DNA of 64,000 nt, from positions 3,720,001 through 3,784,000 of the forward strand of contig NEEC01000004.1 of NCBI GenBank assembly GCA_002189035.1, read 5' to 3'. Positions 28,743-40,528 of the stretch are shown piece after piece. Position 1 is the first letter of the stretch. Each line of letters begins with the position of its first letter. The position numbers and the translations under genes were made by a program. Origin of the DNA: Utricularia gibba. Its lineage: Eukaryota; Plantae; Magnoliophyta. Below the pieces are notes generated by a model. It had not been told where the DNA came from. It saw only the letters and a program-made list of their open reading frames with translations, and did not search any database.

Positions 28743-30849
28743 GAATGTGTCAGAGGGTGGAGTGCTTCTCAACATTTTTTTTTAATTTCTTTATTCCAAA
28801 TTTTTAATGAGAAGCAAAATGGGGGTTGGAATCTGAATAGTGAGAAAGAATACTTTTAGAATGTGCGCACCTGTCACTATCTTAGTGGTTACAGGCTGGA
28901 CGTGGTTAAGACTGATCACGTGCTTGGTCACATGTACCACCCCATCTTTGTCACGTGCACAGTCGGTACGCTCTAGATCTCGATTTATAATAAACTAAAC
29001 TAAAATTTAATAGTAAATATTAAAAAACCATAACCAGTCCATATCCCGCCAAAATCCAAAGGGAAAACCGTGTGCATATATCTATATATACAAAGAATTC
29101 TACCTTTTAAAATAAAAAATCATTAGTATTCGATAAGAGAATTGCTTTGAAAATTTTTTATAGAAATAAAAACTTTTTAAAATATACCTCATGCTATCCA
29201 AAATAAAAATATTGCATAAATATTAACTATTGAAATTAAGTATTTGATGTATCAAACAAACACAGGTAAAAATTAAATACACAAAGAATATAAATTACAT
29301 TAGAAAATATTAAACTAAATTTACTATTATTGATTTATAATTTATTATATACTTAAACTTTTCAATTTAATTTCTTAATATATGATTCTTTGTTCTAATA
29401 TTAATAACCACGTGGAAAACCTGCTTTGAAAGTGACAAAACATTCTTTTTAAAAAAAATTACATATTTGAGTAGGAAGAAGATTTGGCAGCAAAGCATGT
29501 TGATGTTGAACACCCCGTCCATGATGCCTCTCTAGTTTTTGCAATGAAAACCTGTAAATTAATGCAAAAAAAAGTTGAAAAATTCGTCAAGTAAATTAAT
29601 TATCCACGTGGAGTAAAAATAGCCAACAACTTTTTACGAGTCTGTCTCGAAGGCATTAATTACTATGACATTAAATAGCATTTACTGGGATAATTCTGCA
29701 GTGAAATGAGTTATATATAAAACCCCACTCCAAATCAATTAACTTTAAAAAAAAAAAAACTACTTACACAAGTAACTTGCAAGACCACCCATCTTCGTCA
29801 TTTTTTTTTGAAAAAAATGTATCTTGTATAAAAATTTTAGTGTTTATTTGTATTTTTCTGTATAATTTTAAGATTTTTGTAAAAATAAAATTAGTATAAA
29901 AATAGCACCCCAATAGTTGAAAATAGTAATGTAAAAAAAATAAAAATGTTTTTGATAGTCATAAAGAAAGAAGCAAATTCTGGGCTGAAATAGCAGCCAA
30001 GAGTTGAGATGAATAAGTGAGATTGTTTTCTTTGTATGGAATACTAAATAATCATTATTGGTATATTTTATTAATTTTAGTTTATTTTTATTGAAATATA
30101 ATTTTTTTTTTCTAAAAAAGAGAGAAATATGGATAGTTTTGTAAAAACATACCAAGTAGGGTTAGAAAATTGTTCATTGTTATTTTATCTCTTACACATT
30201 GAGACCAAATATTACATATAGGTTAACCATTTTTTTCACACAATATATAAAGCATGTTCACTTTTCTAATTCAAGTTAATCTATTTAGTAAGACTACTGA
30301 AATTACTACTTTGCCCGTCATAATGACGAATCCCTACACGCACCTGACAACAAATAAATAAATAAATGTTTAATACGTATTAGGGCGGGTGGGTATCATT
30401 TTTTGTTTGATTGTTTAGGTGAGGAGTGAGGAGGGTAGATTAGGAAACACACATAATGTTTACTTTGCTTGAATAGTGGAAAAGGTGAAAAGGAAAAAGA
30501 CGTAACGGCCAGCTAGCCAACTTTGCGCAGTGAAAAACATACCATGCGATGCCATGCCTTCAATTAATTCGTTTCTTTTTATATTAATATTCAAAATTAA
30601 AGAAAAGAGAAATAATCCATTGTATTTTATTATGCTAGTGTAATGACTACCTTGTCCCTGCTTTCGCTCTTAAAAGAGGCGCACACCTCACTTTCAATCC
30701 AGAGAGAGCAGCACACACTTCCCTTGAAAGGTAGAGATAGATTGATGGATAGATATTCGCTCTGAGTTTCTGTGTGCCGTTGCTTCTGCCTTTTTTTCTT
30801 CGTCTTCCCTTTTCCGTGTCTACTTTTGGAGCTCCAATTCCTGACTGCG

Positions 30850-31807
30850 ATGGAGTGTTTCGCCGTGGATTACGCTGAATTGGACAAGGACAATGGGGGT
30901 GCTCATTTCACGGTGGAGGATTTGCTGGATTTTTCCCAAGAGGACGAGAATATGCCCAATGTGTTTTTCGATGGAGTGGCTGCGAATTCCGGCGACTCCG
31001 CGACGGTTACGCCGGTTGAAAGCTGCAATTCGTCTGTTTCCGGCGGAGGTGAGGCGCATTTCTACGGGAACCCGTCGCAGTTCCCCGGGAATGAGCTCTG
31101 CGTTCCGGTAATTTTGCGAAATGATGTAAAATGCAGGGGATTAGAATTTATCATTATGTGGAAATTGGGATTAAATATGTGCAATTTTGTTGACAGTACG
31201 ACGATTTAGCGGAACTGGAGTGGCTATCGAATTTCGTGGAAGATTCGTTCTCCGCCGACGTAATTCCGGCGGGGCCCGACGCCGCCGCCTCCGCTGCTGC
31301 GGTAGCCGCAACCGAACCTCTTCATTTCCCCTGCGACGTCACGGTTCCTGGGAAAGCACGTAGTAAGCGGTCACGCGCTCCCCCTGCGACTGGTCCTCCC
31401 GCCTCCTCCGCGTCGCGGTCCCTGACACGACAACTACAACTACTACTACTACGACGACGACGACGACGGAGGCCTCGGGAAGGAAATGCTTACACTGCGC
31501 ATCCGAGAAGACGCCGCAGTGGAGAACAGGGCCAATGGGTCCGAAGACTCTCTGCAACGCCTGCGGCGTGCGGTACAAATCGGGGCGTTTGGTGCCCGAG
31601 TACCGGCCCGCAGCGAGCCCGACATTCGTTTCTGCGAAGCATTCGAATTCTCATCGGAAGGTACTGGAGCTCCGTCGGCAAAAGGAGCTGCAGCGACAGC
31701 AACAGCTCATTGGCCATGTTTCAATTTTCAACGGCTGCGATGAGTTACTGCTTCATCATCATAACACCACCGTTGTCAACGGCCACGATTACAGGCACGT
31801 GATGTAG
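30850..31807 (+). CDS. GATA transcription factor (subfamily I), 2 exons; apparent -1 frameshift at 31380-31384
   Basis: [43 protein letters not shown], zinc finger [59 protein letters not shown]; intron 31108-31196. Confidence 0.92.
31427..31468 (+). repeat. Coding ACN trinucleotide microsatellite encoding 14 Thr upstream of the GATA finger
   Basis: ACG ACA ACT ACA (ACT)4 (ACG)6 in the zinc-finger frame. Confidence 0.9.
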
Positions 31808-34533
31808 TTGTAGTTAGTGTACTCTCATCTACTCCTACTCCAACTCCATCCCCACGGGATAATTCCCCCACCTCGCCGCTAAATTTAAACACTCCAAACG
31901 CCAGTGAATAATTATTGAGTTTCGTTTCTTTTTTTGTTTGTGTTTTTGTACTGGATGAGGTTCAAAGCAACTGAGTGCTTGTAATGTTGTACATCAAGGC
32001 AAGAGATTTTCATAATCAATTTCTTACTATGGATTGGAGCTCTTCTTACCTGAGCAGCAAACGCTTTGCATTAAAACAAACACTTTTATAATCAATTAGA
32101 TTTAATATTTTATAATATAATCTATATTTGTTATGTATTTAGATTTGAGATAAATCTAAATACATACATGCACATACATAACACTCAGTTCAATAAGTTT
32201 GGGGGAAACGCGAGACATGCACATACATGCACATGGGCGGTGGTGAATGCCGATGCCGATGCCTATGCCTTGCTGCTTTCTCATCTCATTAATACTTGAC
32301 TTGCTTCATAACACAACATGGTGATTGGGTGCCATCGCGTCTCTCAAATTCAAGCATCGCGACGACCCAAATGCCGATGGGGATGAGGTGTCGGCGGCCA
32401 ATCTAATGACCCTTTGACCATCCCTTTCTGTCCGTACTTTTGACACAAATGCATGAACATGCACATGCACACACATGCGCATGTGCTCCCCTCTTCTTCA
32501 TCTTTTTTCTTTCGTATGGTCAGGTTGGGTGCATCCCCATCGCAGACCCATTGCGATCAGCAGATGCAGCAGATTGAATGAATACATATTAACCCTGCTG
32601 AAACGCTCCCTTTCGCTTCTTCTTTTCCTTGCGGTTGTTTAGAGTCAGAGCTATTGCTGTCTGTATGCGGGAGGGACAATTGTTCTCTTACACATCCTTG
32701 CTGTTCTTTAGCTTTACTTCATTTTGAGGATTTGACAGTTTGAAGACGCAGCTTTATCTCGAGAGTCCTCGGCGCGGTGATGAGAAGAGACATTGGGGTC
32801 TGGGAAAGAGATAAATAATGTCCATGAATGATTTTTTTTTTTTTTTTTTGCAAGGAATCCTTCCTCCAAAGGGATGGCAACGTGCGAGGTGTCTGGTCTG
32901 GGGATCAGCATCTTTTCTTTCTCTGCAGTTCCACCTCCTCTTCCTGCATTCCATTCATCCAGACGCTTTTAGTATACTCAGCTCTCGTGGTAGTACACAT
33001 TAACGCTGCGTTTGGTTAGGTGAATTCACGTGGGTTTAATAAGTTGATCATGTTTGATATGTATGTGACACTCACTTTAATTTTTACCCATCTATCTTCG
33101 TTTGTGCAAACTCACACACATGGGTAAATACAAGTAAGAGGGGAAGTGGGTTTCTTAAAAATCACAACATTGTTTACTACTTTACTCATGGATTTGTTTT
33201 AGAAATTTCTAATATTTGGAAAATGATAGCTGCAAAAGATTACAAAAAAATAAATTTTTAATATGAATCAACATGCATATGTATACAATCATTGGTAATT
33301 GTTTTCATTGATAACTTTAATTACCTTCAATAATAATGAGTATTTCACACATTCATGACTACAATTGTGGATGGCCAGAGTCATTCATAATTGCAATTGT
33401 GAGTGTTTGCAAATGATTATATCATTTCCATGTATCATTAATCAATGTTACGCGTGCGTAGAATAGATATTTTTCCAAATATAAATAACTCAAGTCACCC
33501 ACAATTGATATTACCGATGTTTGCAAATAAATTTATTTTTATTAAATAAAATAATCTCTTTCGAGTTATTTCGAAATCAAGTTCTATTTTATTTGAAATG
33601 TTTGTCAAAAAATAATATCAAATGAAATCAAGTGTTTAATGGTAGGGGAGTTTGGGTTTGACCAAAGTGTATCCTGATCCTGACCCGTCATTAAAAAAAA
33701 TTGACTATTAATTAATTTTTTTATATTTTATTTGAAAATGTCGTTTAATTCCATGGATCCGCCGCCTCGAAACTTCCTCCAACCTCTGCGACTGTGAGCG
33801 TAGTTTCAAGCAAATGGTACCCGTGAGGTGACAGAATATGGAGGTTCAATTAATATTGTAAAAGGTATGCTTTTTGTGAATAGAATTATTTTTATTTCAT
33901 CTGGGTAAGAAAATGCTAAGCTTTTTATTACAATATGGTTTGCAGGGTATTTGAAAAATGGTGTTTTTACACAATACATCAACATGACAACAATGATTCT
34001 TTTGAAAAATTATCGTAAGATTAAAAGATAATTTATTATTTCTTCTTGTAATTATTTTTAAATGTTACAATTTACTGTTAAATTTCTAAATTTTTATGAA
34101 CTAAATATATGAAATTAGATTATTGATGTTTTAAATATTTTTTAGTTAAAATAATTTAATTTAAATAAAAATTACAGGTATAACTATCAACTTATGTAGA
34201 AAAAAGATGAAAAAATACAAGTTTTTTTTTTATAATAACAAAATACTAATAGGTACTTTTACAAAAACTTTTGCCTACATAGTTATTTTAGCAAAAAGGG
34301 CTTATTTAATGCTATCCAAAAAAGCATTTAAACAAAGTAATTTTTGTTGATAATGAAAAAAATAGAGATTGAAAAAATACAAAATACAAATTGTAATATT
34401 ACCATAAATTTAGATGTATAATAAAGATTTATTAATGTACATTTGATTCTGTTTTTATTCATTGAGTACTAATAAAACAAAAAGTATGATTGTTAGAAAT
34501 TTTGCATTATGAAAAGATAAAAGTTAATATGTC

Positions 34534-35130
34534 TGTTGAGGTTGAAAATCGGTACTATAGGATTTGCCTAATTTTCCAAATTGTGAATGGGATTTAATGG
34601 AACCCGATTCATGATGAGAACAAGGAAAATATGAAGTCATAGGAGCTTTTACGTGGAAACTATTATAAGATAGAAAAAATCACGGAGTTGTCGAAACTTG
34701 TCACAGAAATAATTTCACTAACGAAGGGAGAGAAAGAGAGGTACAAGTAGGAATGTTGAAAGTTCAATCTTTTATTCTCCAAACCTCCTTATATTCATAG
34801 AAGAGATCGAGCCGATTGAATTCTGAGTTCTGCAGGTGTCGACCACTTTTGATGCGTGTTAGCCATGCTGCAATCCCGCTGACAGATAACCGCCTACTAC
34901 TCTGACATTCCTATAACCCGATTATTTTTTAGACTGTCCAAAACGGCTACTGCTATCCTGTTCAGACACTCGTCGGCCTATTGTCCTACACTAGCATGTC
35001 AAGATACTTTTGGGATCTTTTCTAACCGGTTTACTACTGAGGTAGTTGATTTGATCTGCCCCAAATTGTAAATTCATAAATAACCCTCGAGGGTGCTTCC
35101 TCACGACGGATGTCGATTTAGGACTCATCA
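34534..35130 (-). mobile_element. Solo LTR (597 bp) related to the neighbouring Tat-type element
   Basis: TGTTG...CATCA termini with perfect 5-bp TSD ATGTC (34529-34533 and 35131-35135). Shares TGTT.AGG...AAATCGGTA and TTTTACGTGGAAACT blocks with the LTR at 35559. Confidence 0.8.
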
Positions 35131-35558
35131 ATGTCAAAAACTATTAATAAATCAAAATATTATCAAAACTAGTGAAAAACTAATTTAAATTATAATAAAT
35201 TTTCAAATGTTACAAAAATAAATGTATAATTCAAGAATATTTTACAAAATTTTGAATATTTTTTCAATTACATTTTTATTAATAAAAAAAAAGACATATA
35301 TAAAATAATTAAATATAAAAATAAATTGAAAACATTTAAAATTTTTAATTAAAATAATTTAATTTAAAAAAACTACAGATATTTTTAATAATAACATTTT
35401 ATGTAAAAAAAGTAAGAAAATACAACTATTTAAGTGATGATAAAAAAAGAGTAGATATTTTGATAATTTTTTTGTCTGATATATGTATATTAACAAAACT
35501 GCATTAAAACAAATTATACGCGTAGAAATTTATGTAAGTAAAAATTCATATTAGACAT

Positions 35559-37659
35559 TGTTAAGGGTCAAATCGGTATCCGGTGTAAGACCGATTTAAG
35601 GTGATAAGTGCGGTCGGAATTGCCACACTTAGTCGCGTTTTTCGGGGTTGGTTCGATCAAAATAAGAATGAGCAGGGGTTTTTTACGTGGAAACTGTCGG
35701 AAAGCGGAAAAACCATAGTGCTGCCGGAGCTCACCGGAAAATATTTCCACTAGATAGAGGGGGGCGAAGACGAGGTTACAACTCTAAGAATTCTCTCTTT
35801 TCTTTTTCTTGCGTCCAACCCCACCTTCGTCATGATTCTTCCTATTTATAGGAGAGCTCACTCTAACCGAATTCTGACGTCTGCAAATATCGGTTGTTTT
35901 CTGCTCCTGCTATACGATCTCGCTTTTCATACATCGGCCACATGTTATGCTGTAATTTGGCCGCTTTTAAGACTGTGTCATATGGCTATACCTGCCAGAT
36001 TTCTGTTGTCTGGCATTATCCCTTCAGGATCATTTTTGGCAGCCTTTTAGGAGCCAATTGTGTCAAACCGGTTTATCCCCTATCACTTAGCCCCTCTGAT
36101 TTGCTGATATTGGCCCTTCCGGGGTAAATCGGAGAATCAGAATCACCATAATGCCGACTCCCAAGATGTCGCCTTGTTTGCATGAACCACAAACTGCTTT
36201 GAACCGATACCTCTGCCACGCGTCGACTCATAAACGCGCCACGTTTTTTCCCGCCCATTCGAAGTACCTCAAACGTCGTGTCGCTTCGTCTCCCGACTTC
36301 TTCTCTTATAAATATCTGCTCCTCGTCTCAATTATTTCCTTTGCTCTCTCTGTTTCCCTTGAGATTTTTGCACTTTTCATGCTCCGTCGTATTCTTCCGC
36401 CGTTCGACCGCCACAATACCTGTCGGAAAACGCTAGTTTTTCAGGCACCATTTGGTTTTCCGTCTTTTCCGTTCGGTCTTCTGAGATTTTTGGGAAGTTC
36501 CCTTGGCCTATGCGAGTCCTCCACTCTTCCTGACTTCCGCCGCGTTCTAGGGTTTTGGGTTCCTTTCAAATTTCTAAAGATGGGTAGGAGGTCTAGTGAG
36601 CTAAATATCCCTTCTCTTCGCATTCGGTATTCAATTCCGAATGAGTATCAACTTTTTCATGCCCAGGATACCGAAATCCCTTGGGGAATCGGTGAGGGCC
36701 CCTACCTCTGTTCAGTCTCCCGATTCCGCTTGCCTATTTTGAAAGCGGCTTATGCTTCCCCCTTCATCCTTTAGTAGTCCACTTCCTTCATACCTTCGCA
36801 ATCCCGCTTTACTGTCTTGCCCCGAACTCCATATTCTGCTTCACTACCTTCCTCTTCTATTCGGCCGATATGGACCCAGCTATGACTCTGATAGATTTCC
36901 TCCATCTCTTCAAAATAGCTGTCCACAAAGCCAAGTCCCTGATGGATGACTGATCTCACTTTCAGTTTCACCGCTTCAAAGGTAACCCCAATTTCGTTGT
37001 CAAAGCCCCCGATACCAGCCACGATTGGTGGTCTTCCTTTGTTTGGATTGCACCCCCTTTGGGTTTCCGATGGAATTTCCCAACTGATCCCCCAACTCCT
37101 TTCCGAGTTAAACTTTTCGGCGCATATCGATCTTCTTCTGAATCCCGTGAAGTTCTCTATGAGAGACTTAGCCGAGGCTCGATCCGATATGAATCTCGTG
37201 CCTTGATGTTCTCGGGTGAGTCGTTGAAAAGGTCGGGTATTATCGGTCGCTCTCGAGATCCCCACTGGCCCGACATCATTCCCTTCGATGGCACCGATTC
37301 GCGAGTTCATCCTTCTAGTCCCTCTCCAACCCTTCCTCTGGCCTCGACTTCGTCCCCGATTCCTCTCTTTTCTTTTTCTTGCGTCCAACCCCACCTTCAT
37401 CATGATTCTTCCTATTTATAGGATAGCTCACTCTGACCGAATTCTGATGTCTGCAAATATCGGTTGATTTTTGCTCCTGCTATACGATCTCGTTTTTCAG
37501 ACATCGGCCGCCTATTATGCAGTAATTCGGTTGCTTTTTAGACTGTGTCATATGGCCATACCTGTCAGATATCGATCTGTCGTCTGGCATTATCCCTTCA
37601 GGATCATTTTTGGCAGCATTTTAGGAGCCGATTGTGTCAAACCGGTTTATCCCCTATCA
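35559..37659 (-). mobile_element. Internally deleted Ty3/gypsy Tat/Retand-type LTR retrotransposon (2.1 kb)
   Basis: Full 3' LTR 35559-36085 and truncated 5' LTR 37363-37659 (direct repeats of about 295 bp), perfect TSD GACAT (35554-35558, 37660-37664), polypurine tract AGAGGGGCTAAG next to the 3' LTR on the minus strand, minus-strand TATA. No PBS, gag or pol retained. Confidence 0.9.
36580..37362 (+). pseudogene. Degenerate antisense accessory ORF of the Tat-type element (Transposase_28-like)
   Basis: LRIRYSIP...YFESGLCFPLHPLVVHFLHTFAIPLYCLAPNS...DD*SHF...HDWWSSFVWI, resembling the GLRFPLHP..E.L....IAPSQL.PNS consensus; one frameshift near 36735 and a TGA near 36950. Confidence 0.7.
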
Positions 37660-40528
37660 GACATTAATTGTAAATGACTACATTCACATGTTGACTCTAA
37701 TATAAAAATAAATGAGAAAGTATGAAAACATAAAAGAGAAAGCAATCAAAAACCTATATAATAATTTAGATAATGAAATATTTGTAGAAAAAGAAATTAG
37801 AGTATTCATATTGATATTGAAAAAGATTTTTTATATAAATCTTTCAATATTATATTCATATTTTTATTCCATACACAAACCTTTAACTAAATTTTAATCT
37901 TTTCATGTATTCTTGGGCTCAAATTCGTGTCATTTAAAACCTATAAATTGTTAAATTTGGATTTTTTTTCTCAAATTGATTGATGTGTGTCGTTTTCAAA
38001 ACAAATTTTAATATTTTTTAAACTCGTAAAACACCAAAGCGTAGTACAGGTGTCGACCACATGGAGTTGTTTTTCAGTGAATAGTAAAGTTACACTGAAT
38101 ACAACTATCATGATTTGTAAACGGTTTTGAAAGTAAAGGTGTGAGAAATGTAAATGATTAAGCTTGAGTAAGGGAATAAGATGGGTTTCGAACAGACAAC
38201 TGAAATAAACATAAGCGATGAATCTCAAATAAAGTGAATGTTTCTGGGTTTGAAATCATGGCCATCTACATTCATTGCGTCTTCACTCTCCTGTGATATT
38301 CTCGAGTATTCGGTTATAGAAGTAAGGAATTGTCTACCCTCCCTTACACTCTCTTGCAATAGGGCACGAAAATAGCCTGATGTTACTCTTCATTGGATGA
38401 ACGTGAGAATAAGAAGTCCTGCCAACATACTCTCACAACCGAATTGTGCACATGTGTCCGAGTGTTACTAATGGCCCAATGAGTACAAATACAAGGTCAC
38501 TACCTGCCTATTGAATACTAATGTACGGCCACAAATAAAACGTTGTCTTCCTAGAAGGCATGAGTTGGTGCTTCCTAACTTGATCTTCGCCAAAACTTGC
38601 AAGTAGTGATCAACTAATCATGAATCTTAAATAAAGGGGCTAACGAAACATAGATCTGGGAGTATCCTAACCCAAAAATGGAAGTTTCTAGTCATGAATG
38701 GTCATACAAAATAAAGAGAATGGAAATAAGGTTCTAGAGAGAAGATAAAGGAAAATACTCTAGAGAAAAAGACGAAAGTCTAAACTAAACTGAAAGTAAA
38801 ACTAAAGTTATCCGAACTGAATTGAGATGAACTATTTTGTCTCATTTCGTGTTCCCGTGGTTCTGCTGGACTTGAGGTGACTTGTAAGCAAATGTCTGCT
38901 GTGATACTGGTATGCTAATGATGTCGTCTATCAGAGACTCCCGTGTTCCGCACGTCAAGGCTCATGATTAGGCGTTTGAAGACTTCTGAAAATCAAGGGA
39001 GTGTTAGCTCGGGAAGATCCATTTTGTTGCCATCTAGTGCCCTCTTTATCTCACTTACTGTCACGTGTGTGTTTTTAGAAAAATTCAATTAAAACTAACA
39101 AAATTATTAGATAAAATACAAAATTTAAAATAATTACCCTAAATTAGATAAAAATCTAAATTTCTTATTATAGACTTATAATTAGACATTTTTAATCATA
39201 ATTAAACATAAAAACAATCTAATAAATAGTGAGAAAATAACATTTAACATTGATTAAAAAATATTTTAAAAATCTACAAAATATAATTTCTTTAAAAAAA
39301 ATTAAATTAGTGTAAAAGATATAAACTAATAAAAAATAATGAAAAGTTAAAATATAAGATAGGTGAAAACAAATCTCATTAATGATAAAAAAAAATATTT
39401 TGAAATAATACAAAAATAATTATAAAAATAATCTAAGGAAATTTAAAATTACTTAAAATACATGTATTATAAAAAATATGAATTCAAATTTTAATATATT
39501 GGCAATGTCATTTAAGTCCAACCTTGAGGTCATTTAATGTCATATATTATAATTTACTTATAATAAAATGACAGGATTATTTTGGTATAATTGAATGACT
39601 TGGTGTAGAAATTATATCTCCAACCTTGAGGTGTTTCTTGAATCAAAAAATTGTGATCATTAAATTGCTTTTTGAAAATTTGGTCAAGTAGGCAAATTGA
39701 TACATACTCGATGGCATTGTATTGAAATAGTTGGTATTGTATTATCTACATCAATTTCATATTTTTATTTTATATTCAATCGTCTACTTGTTCTTTTATC
39801 ATTGACTTTGTAAATTTTTTTGATGATCATCACTTATAGTATCATCTTATTTTTTTGCTAACAAACATATAATACGGATTTCGTATCTAATGAAACCAAG
39901 GCTATCATTTAGTAATTGATTTTTTTAAAAAGTAATTTTAGTTAATTTTAAATCTCATATATATATTTTCCAATAATAAGAGGGCGGTAGTGTTTTATAT
40001 TAAACAATATATTTGTTCCCATATCACCGTTGTGATAATGCATAGAAATCATCTTTTCGTTGCTTCTTCTCTGAATCCAACGAGGGGGCGTTTTTTGTTA
40101 TTTTTGTGAGGTAATGTGAAGTTAATTGCGATCTATATGAAAATCCGCCACAATTGTGAAGATGAGTGTGACTTCTAACGGGTTTAATCTATCATTTGAA
40201 TTATTCTGATTTAGGATTGCATCATTTTTATAATGGATTAAAACGAGTTAAACTTGTTATGAATATATTATAAAAAATATTGAACCCAAACTCAAAAAGT
40301 CATGAAATCGAATTGAATGGGATTGAATCATGGCAACATTAGTTAGTTGAATGGGCTTTAGTGTAAGAATTGGGCCACAAAAAATACTTAGGAATTTTGG
40401 TGTCAATTTGTAATTTCTATCACTGAGAGGTTCGTTGTAAGATTAACAAAGAAATCTGGGGAGTTCCAGATATTTTGTTTATGTTATTTTTCTTTTCCTT
40501 AAACCCTGGGATTCTTCAGAAATCGGAT

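Noticed and set aside
32385-32545. 11-bp inverted repeat CGATGGGGATG / CATCCCCATCG, plus nearby CATGTGCTCCCCTCTTCTTCA resembling miR164* or miR156 complements
   Set aside because: The arms do not extend into a 20+ bp duplex and no mature miR164 or miR156 sequence is present; too many edits for a target mimic.
32864-32884. TCCAAAGGGAT matching the first 11 nt of miR393
   Set aside because: The 3' half diverges and there is no complementary arm.
37920-39700. Possible MULE-like foldback and LTR-like relics (short inverted TTTTCAAAAC/GTTTTGAAAG; repeated TCCAACCTTGAGGT)
   Set aside because: Probably transposon-derived, but I could not define termini or a TSD, so it is not called as a feature.
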